A DNA stretch of 64,000 bases from Candidatus Nomurabacteria bacterium (lineage in GTDB: Bacteria; Patescibacteriota; Minisyncoccia; Phycocordibacterales; UBA9973): NCBI GenBank assembly GCA_023267195.1, contig JAHFNT010000002.1, positions 87,830 through 151,829 of the forward strand, in the 5' to 3' direction. Positions within the stretch are counted from its first letter, which is position 1. Every line of letters starts with the position of its first letter. This document shows, piece by piece, positions 59,420 to 64,000 of the stretch. Made by a program: the position numbers and the translations under genes. The notes below the pieces were generated by a model, which worked only from the letters and a program-made list of their open reading frames with translations, was not told the DNA's origin and made no database searches.

Positions 59420-59657
59420 CTAAGCTCGCTTCTTTGAGCTTTTCTTTGCTTTCTTCTTGCCTCCCTTCTTTGCTTTCTTTTTTGCTGCCATATTCTTTGT
59501 CGCTTACGCGAAATTAATTTCTAAATTTTAGTTTGCAATAAAACGACCAAATATTTATTGCTTCGAACTACTTTAATTATCTCGCATATCAAAACAGAAT
59601 ACAATACTTTTTTTACAAAACTGTGGATAACTTTTAAAAAATAAAAATTTTAATTTT

Positions 59658-59666
59658 TGGTATAAT
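59658..59666 (+). promoter_or_regulatory. extended -10 promoter element TGgTATAAT for sodC, 8 nt upstream of the ATG (near-leaderless)
   Basis: ttTGgTATAATtgatttatATG. A TTATCCACA (DnaA-box-like) 9-mer lies at 59621-59629 on the opposite strand. Confidence 0.45.
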
Positions 59667-59674
59667 TGATTTAT

Positions 59675-60220
59675 ATGAATTATCAAATCAATGGAAAAGA
59701 AAATCTAAAAGTTAGGTGCGAGGTTGCTGGTGATGAAATTGCTGGTACAGCAGAATTTACCGAATACCAAGTCAATACCCAAAAGGTTGTGAAATTAGTT
59801 TTAAATCTAAAAGGAAATCCGGAAAAAATAAAACCGGGACTACACGCTGTGCACATTCACGAGAAAGGAACCTGCGAAGGAGGCTTTAAATGCGCTGGTG
59901 GACATTTCGATCCCGGCCCAGCTGGCAATAGTGACCCAGATGTGAACCATCCCCATCACGCGGGAGACCTACCGAACATATTAATAGACGAAAACGGTGT
60001 AGGAATGCTCGAAGCACTGACTACCAGGGTGACTTTATCCCCAGGGCCTACCTCCATCCTTGAAGCTACAGAAGGAACAGCTATTATGATTCACGCGAAT
60101 GAAGATCCATACAAAGGAGGAGAACATGGCTCCGGAGTTAGCGGTGGACCTCGCATCGCTTGTGGAATAATTAAGGCCGCCGCCGAGCCGGGGCAGGTAG
60201 GAGGAGAACACCATCACTAG
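59675..60220 (+). CDS. sodC: Cu/Zn superoxide dismutase, no signal peptide, His-rich C-terminal tail
   Basis: HAVHIHEKGTC...GGHFDPG...HAGDLPNI...IMIHANEDPY...GNAGPRIACGII-like motifs. The ORF-track start is TTG at 59666, overlapping the -10, so the ATG at 59675 was used. Confidence 0.85.
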   Translation: MNYQINGKENLKVRCEVAGDEIAGTAEFTEYQVNTQKVVKLVLNLKGNPEKIKPGLHAVHIHEKGTCEGGFKCAGGHFDPGPAGNSDPDVNHPHHAGDLPNILIDENGVGMLEALTTRVTLSPGPTSILEATEGTAIMIHANEDPYKGGEHGSGVSGGPRIACGIIKAAAEPGQVGGEHHH

Positions 60221-60234
60221 TTTACAATCAAAAC

Positions 60235-60260
60235 AAAACCCGCCAAGAAGGCGGGTTTTG
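60235..60260 (+). terminator. rho-independent terminator after sodC
   Basis: aaaacccgcc-aaga-aggcgggttttg. Confidence 0.65.
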
Positions 60261-60367
60261 TAATTGTTTTCATTTGAAGCGGGTGATGGCGAAACTCCAA
60301 CATATGTGCCTATGTGAGTGCGACCACCCGCCACAGATAAAAACAATTTGTTAATTATAACAGAAAT

Positions 60368-60438
60368 TCGGGCCGCTGGGAATCGAACCCAGTCTACATC
60401 CTCCCGAAGGATGCGTACGACCGGTATACTACGGCCCG
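60368..60438 (-). tRNA. tRNA-Pro (CGG)
   Basis: Minus-strand cloverleaf: acceptor cgggccg/cggcccg, anticodon stem catcc/ggatg with loop ttCGGga, T-arm ctggg-ttcgatt-cccag. Confidence 0.75.
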
Positions 60439-60448
60439 AAAAATTTTT

Positions 60449-61444
60449 CTATTTTTTGATTTTTGCTACAAAGATATCAGATTCTTCCCATTCCGTAAAC
60501 TCAACTCGCAAAGCTTGCCTTATCAATTTAAAAACTTCATCTTTTTGTACTTCCGCGAGAAGTCTCTGCCTAACTTCGCGATTTTTAGGCATTCTTTCTT
60601 TTAAGATTTCCTTGATTTTATCTAAGTCTGCATCCAGTCTGGCAACTAAATGACCTTGCCCAAATCTAATGGCAAATTCTTTAAAAGCTTCAAGTTCAAG
60701 TTTTATTTCAAGAAGAATTATAAACTGGCTAATGTGTCCCCTGATAGCTTCTTCCGCTTTTTCCCTTCTATCTGGTTTGTCTTTGGAGTAAAATTGGTCT
60801 GTCATCTCCATGTCATACACCAACCGAGCCAATGAAGCATTCGCGCCTAAATCTGCGCCGATAACTGTAAGTGGAACATTGTGTAAACTTCCTGAAAAGT
60901 TTGCATTTTTAAAGTATTTTACTTCTAATAATTTGCCATCCAAAATTTTTTCCCTGATTCCTTGAAATTTTTCGTTGATTTTGTTCCGGCTGATAGTTGT
61001 ATCAATACCTATAGCAAGCTGTCGAGTGTTATCAAATTCTATTATTGAATCAACCCCATTAAACAGATCATCATATTCGGAAGCAACTCGAACCTTAGCC
61101 GCATCTCCAAACCATTTACCTTGTTGCATACAATAAATAATGATTTCTTCTGCAAGCAAACCTCTTTCAATAGAAAACAAATGTTCTTTGTCTTCCCTTG
61201 CTATCATTGCTTTGTCTGCTTGGATTTCATTTTTTTTATTTTTTATTTTTTCTCTATCCTGTGTAATTACATCTAGACTTGCCAAGTCGCCGGAACCAAA
61301 ACTAGCAAGCGAGATACGCTGTCTGTCAATAACTGGACTTAGTACCCGAGACAAGGCAGTTTCGCTTTTTGTTAAATCACCGCGCAAGGGGAAAAATTCA
61401 ACCTTTTTTTCCGCGCCCGGCCCAATAGTTCCTTTTTCAATCAT
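60449..61444 (-). CDS. hypothetical protein (331 aa, no recognisable motif)
   Basis: Long ORF between two tRNA genes with coding-like composition. Function unknown. Confidence 0.45.
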   Translation of the reverse strand: MIEKGTIGPGAEKKVEFFPLRGDLTKSETALSRVLSPVIDRQRISLASFGSGDLASLDVITQDREKIKNKKNEIQADKAMIAREDKEHLFSIERGLLAEEIIIYCMQQGKWFGDAAKVRVASEYDDLFNGVDSIIEFDNTRQLAIGIDTTISRNKINEKFQGIREKILDGKLLEVKYFKNANFSGSLHNVPLTVIGADLGANASLARLVYDMEMTDQFYSKDKPDRREKAEEAIRGHISQFIILLEIKLELEAFKEFAIRFGQGHLVARLDADLDKIKEILKERMPKNREVRQRLLAEVQKDEVFKLIRQALRVEFTEWEESDIFVAKIKK

Positions 61445-61495
61445 AATGCCATTTTAACACATAAATTTTATTAAATATATTTCTAAAAATCAAAT

Positions 61496-61582
61496 TGGTG
61501 GGCATGGAGAGATTTGAACTCTCAAGAGATTACTCTCATACGCTCCTGAAGCGTACGCGTATACCAATTCCGCCACATGCCC
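61496..61582 (-). tRNA. tRNA-Leu (CAG)
   Basis: Minus-strand cloverleaf: acceptor gggcatg/catgccc plus CCA, anticodon stem tacgc/gcgta with loop ttCAGga, long variable arm, T-arm agag-ttcaaat-ctct. Confidence 0.78.
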
Positions 61583-61585
61583 ATA

Positions 61586-62563
61586 TTATCGATTAAATTT
61601 AATAAAATAATGCTTCGGTTTTGATTCTTTTTCTAAAATTACATACCAACTTGGATCAATTTCGGAAACTCTTTTTATTTCGCCATTATACATACAAAGT
61701 GGATCAACCACCCTAGATTTACAAAAAACCTCGGTCTCAAAATCATTCGGATTATTTTCGAAACCTATCTTATTATTCATCCTATCAAATAACAAATGGA
61801 GTCTTTCATCTTTTTTATGATATGGCTCAATTTTTGTAAGTACAATTTTATCAGTCGTATATAAATCAGCTTCAGAAATATAGCCCTTTGAGATAGAGTA
61901 TTTTAGATAGTCCCCTAAATTTCTAAACATACCCCCGGTTATCAAACCACAATAGTATGTGTTATTAATCTTAAGAAAAAGTTCAGCGTATTTTTTCGCA
62001 ATTTTAAAGTCTTTAAAAACCCATAAGTTGTTTTCCACTATAAGATTACTTAGAAAATAATCTGGATTCTGTAATTCGCGAAAAACCATACCGTCTCGAA
62101 GCGAGTAATCGATTCTATCAGCACACAAATTAGGTAAATTATTTTCTTTTAATGGGAAATGTGTGTCATCGAGGATGTAGCCTGCATCAAAGTTGTATTT
62201 TTCTAAAATGGCCGGTATTTCTGACTTTTTAACAAACTCATCAAAAACATTATCTTGCAAATCATGAGTTTTTTCAGAACCAGTATCTAATACATAATCA
62301 ATACAATGAGAAAAGGCGGAGTGCGAAACATCATGAATGAGTCCCGCAATCTGTTCATCGAGAGATGCGCCATATTTTTTCAAAAGTAAACAGACCCCAA
62401 CAGAATGTTCAAAACGAGAAAGCCATCCACCAGGAAAATTAGGTTCAGAATAACTATGTTGATCTATATCTTTCAACCTTTGAAATGTCGGGCAATTGAT
62501 AATTTCAAGCAACACTGGCTCAGAAATCTCGACTTCTCCATAAACTCTGTCTTTGATATTCAT
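61586..62563 (-). CDS. HD-domain protein with dNTP triphosphohydrolase(dGTPase)-like HD motif
   Basis: RFEHSVGVCLLL....LIHDVSHSAFSH matches the RxxHSxxV...HDxGHxPFSH signature of the dGTPase/SAMHD1-type HD core. It is shorter than canonical dGTPases. Confidence 0.6.
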   Translation of the reverse strand: MNIKDRVYGEVEISEPVLLEIINCPTFQRLKDIDQHSYSEPNFPGGWLSRFEHSVGVCLLLKKYGASLDEQIAGLIHDVSHSAFSHCIDYVLDTGSEKTHDLQDNVFDEFVKKSEIPAILEKYNFDAGYILDDTHFPLKENNLPNLCADRIDYSLRDGMVFRELQNPDYFLSNLIVENNLWVFKDFKIAKKYAELFLKINNTYYCGLITGGMFRNLGDYLKYSISKGYISEADLYTTDKIVLTKIEPYHKKDERLHLLFDRMNNKIGFENNPNDFETEVFCKSRVVDPLCMYNGEIKRVSEIDPSWYVILEKESKPKHYFIKFNR

Positions 62564-62572
62564 ACGCCCATT

Positions 62573-63508
62573 TTAAACTTGTTCTAAAATATGTTCAACT
62601 ACTTGATATACCGACGTTCCAACAGATTCACAAACTTGGGAGAAGTGAGAGTCTGGTTTTAGGTCAGGCATAGCATCAATATATAAAAGATAAATTTTAC
62701 CGTGAGAATTCATAACGAAATCTGATTTTAGATAATGCTTTACGCCAAGGTGGATATGTAAATCTTTTACTAAATTAGAAAGCTTTTCTTTTTCCTCAGC
62801 AGAAAAATTGCCGAAAGTGTTACCTAAGGGAAAAACATAAATTTTTCCTGCCTGCGCAGGCAGGTCATTACGAAACTCAGGCACCGAGTGAATAGAAGCG
62901 ACTTTGCCGGCGATAAATTCTTCTACTAAAATGCTTTTCTCATGTTTCGCTCCATCTTCTATCGCTCCCACTAATTCATCAAAAGTTTTCGCCAAATGTA
63001 TACCCATATTTGCGTCTGGGGTAAATGATTTTACTATCCAGGGCGCTCCAAATTTTTCATGCACCTCTTTAGCTTTTTTGATCGCGTACTTGCTTCGCTC
63101 GCCATCAAAATCTTTTTGATAAACTGGCAAAACGACAGCCCTCGGCATGTCTACATCGAGTTTTTTCATATGCGCGCGCAACATCTCTCTACTATTTTCC
63201 AAAGTAGCATAAAAAGAACTCGTCCCGATATTTGGTATAGAAAAATTATCCAAAATCATTGAAACTCTTGGATCAGCAGTGTTCCAAACGACATCGACTT
63301 TATGCATTACTTCTGCTGGTTGTACTGGCACACCATTTAGATGCCACACTCCATCTCTATCAACCAAAATATCTATCGTTTTATACTTGTCGGCCAAATT
63401 CTCCGTAATATGAGAAATAATTTCCCCGCCTTTTTTCAAAGACGAAGTATAACCCTCACCCATTCCCCCGCGCAGTATCCCAATTCTTTTTTTAGTAGCA
63501 GCCTGCAT
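62573..63508 (-). CDS. ddl: D-alanine--D-alanine ligase (ATP-grasp)
   Basis: KKRIGILRGGMGEGYTSSLKKG N-terminus and an ATP-grasp core (WIVKSFTPDANMGIHLAKTFDEL...EEFIAG). The first in-frame ATG was used. Confidence 0.78.
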   Translation of the reverse strand: MQAATKKRIGILRGGMGEGYTSSLKKGGEIISHITENLADKYKTIDILVDRDGVWHLNGVPVQPAEVMHKVDVVWNTADPRVSMILDNFSIPNIGTSSFYATLENSREMLRAHMKKLDVDMPRAVVLPVYQKDFDGERSKYAIKKAKEVHEKFGAPWIVKSFTPDANMGIHLAKTFDELVGAIEDGAKHEKSILVEEFIAGKVASIHSVPEFRNDLPAQAGKIYVFPLGNTFGNFSAEEKEKLSNLVKDLHIHLGVKHYLKSDFVMNSHGKIYLLYIDAMPDLKPDSHFSQVCESVGTSVYQVVEHILEQV

Positions 63509-63527
63509 TGATAAATTATAACATGTT

Positions 63528-64000
63528 TTATTTTCCAACTTTTATTTTGTGAATTTGAATTGTGTTATTAAATACTGTTACATTAAAATTTCCTTTTGCC
63601 ATTACTGCTTTAATAGCTTCTAAAAGTGCTGTTTTCCTAGTCTCAAATGATCCGGCTTCTGTTTCTTGGCCTTGGATCATTATTGGAGAAATTCTAGCAT
63701 TTCCACCATCAGCTAAAACACTTGTCATATTATCAATTAAATTACTAATATCCTGAGAACCATCTAAATAAAAAGGCACAGAATATGTCGCCCAAATCTC
63801 ATCAGCTTTGGGTAATTCACCACTTGCCACTTTGTTTTGTATTTCTGGAGACGTAGCTGAAATCATTTCAGATGTATATACTCCATTTTTATTTTTTCCT
63901 ACTGTTTCTAATCTTATATACGGATCAAAATTTATTACCTTATTTGGATGATATTCTTCAGAAACCAATAAATCTCGTATAGAGTCACCACCACCAAAAA
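63528..64000 (-). CDS. hypothetical protein, probably 5'-truncated by the window edge
   Basis: The ORF runs to the window end. No recognisable motif. Confidence 0.35.
   Translation of the reverse strand, partial: FGGGDSIRDLLVSEEYHPNKVINFDPYIRLETVGKNKNGVYTSEMISATSPEIQNKVASGELPKADEIWATYSVPFYLDGSQDISNLIDNMTSVLADGGNARISPIMIQGQETEAGSFETRKTALLEAIKAVMAKGNFNVTVFNNTIQIHKIKVGK

Noticed and set aside
59621-59629. Perfect DnaA-box 9-mer TTATCCACA (as TGTGGATAA on +) in the AT-rich secA/sodC intergenic region, considered as a possible oriC
   Set aside because: Only one consensus box was found by eye. There are no clustered boxes and no dnaA/dnaN nearby, so this is insufficient for an origin call.
1-64000. 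CRISPR arrays, rRNA genes, IS/transposase or integrase genes
   Set aside because: No regularly spaced direct repeats with spacers, no rRNA-like conserved blocks, and no transposase/integrase-like ORFs were seen. The only repeats are the short GC hairpin families reported above.

Overview
This window is an AT-rich bacterial chromosomal segment that is almost entirely coding and mostly on the minus strand. Gene content and reductions fit a Patescibacteria/CPR-like genome; that placement is an inference from content, not from a search. Supporting traits are an AlaRS truncated after the editing domain, a short-form IF-2, orphan surface proteins and weak or absent Shine-Dalgarno sequences.

Core housekeeping genes:
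- Chaperones: dnaK, grpE, clpB.
- Ribosome and transcription: a partial ribosomal alpha operon (infA-rpmJ-rpsM-rpsK-rpsD-rpoA-rplQ) followed by rplM-rpsI, plus rpsA.
- Translation and RNA modification: alaS, mnmA, typA, infB, rbfA, and a C-terminal rsmE fragment.
- Cell wall: murC, murD, murE, ddl, mltG.
- DNA, secretion and stress: gyrA, secA, sodC (Cu/Zn).
- Regulation: an OmpR-type two-component pair.
- RNA genes: eight tRNAs (Tyr; Cys/Leu/Lys/Leu cluster; Pro; Leu).

Non-core content that stands out:
1. Two paralogous cysteine-rich CDS of more than 550 aa sit between grpE and dnaK, with cutA and a PaaX-like regulator nearby. Each protein has zf-trcl-like zinc ribbons at both ends.
2. One terminator-delimited minus-strand unit encodes a methyltransferase, an orphan solute-binding protein, and five tandem small signal-peptide 2-TM 'pilin-like' paralogs (six domain copies).
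3. A roughly 1.6 kb island of conspicuously high GC content carries an SPFH/band-7 protein and a Pro-rich membrane protein, behind strongly GC-palindromic leaders.
4. Two families of GC-rich mini-hairpin repeats occur. Copies are inserted in-frame into mnmA, secA and a VirD4/TraD-like ATPase gene.
5. A HEAT-repeat/RIO-like kinase-fold fusion protein.
6. An orphan VirD4/TraD-like ATPase with a C-terminal zinc ribbon.
7. Several genes whose -10 elements sit immediately at the start codon, suggesting leaderless mRNAs.

No CRISPR array, rRNA, or clear transposase/integrase was seen. Coordinates of RNA genes and hairpins were derived by hand and may be off by 1-2 nt.
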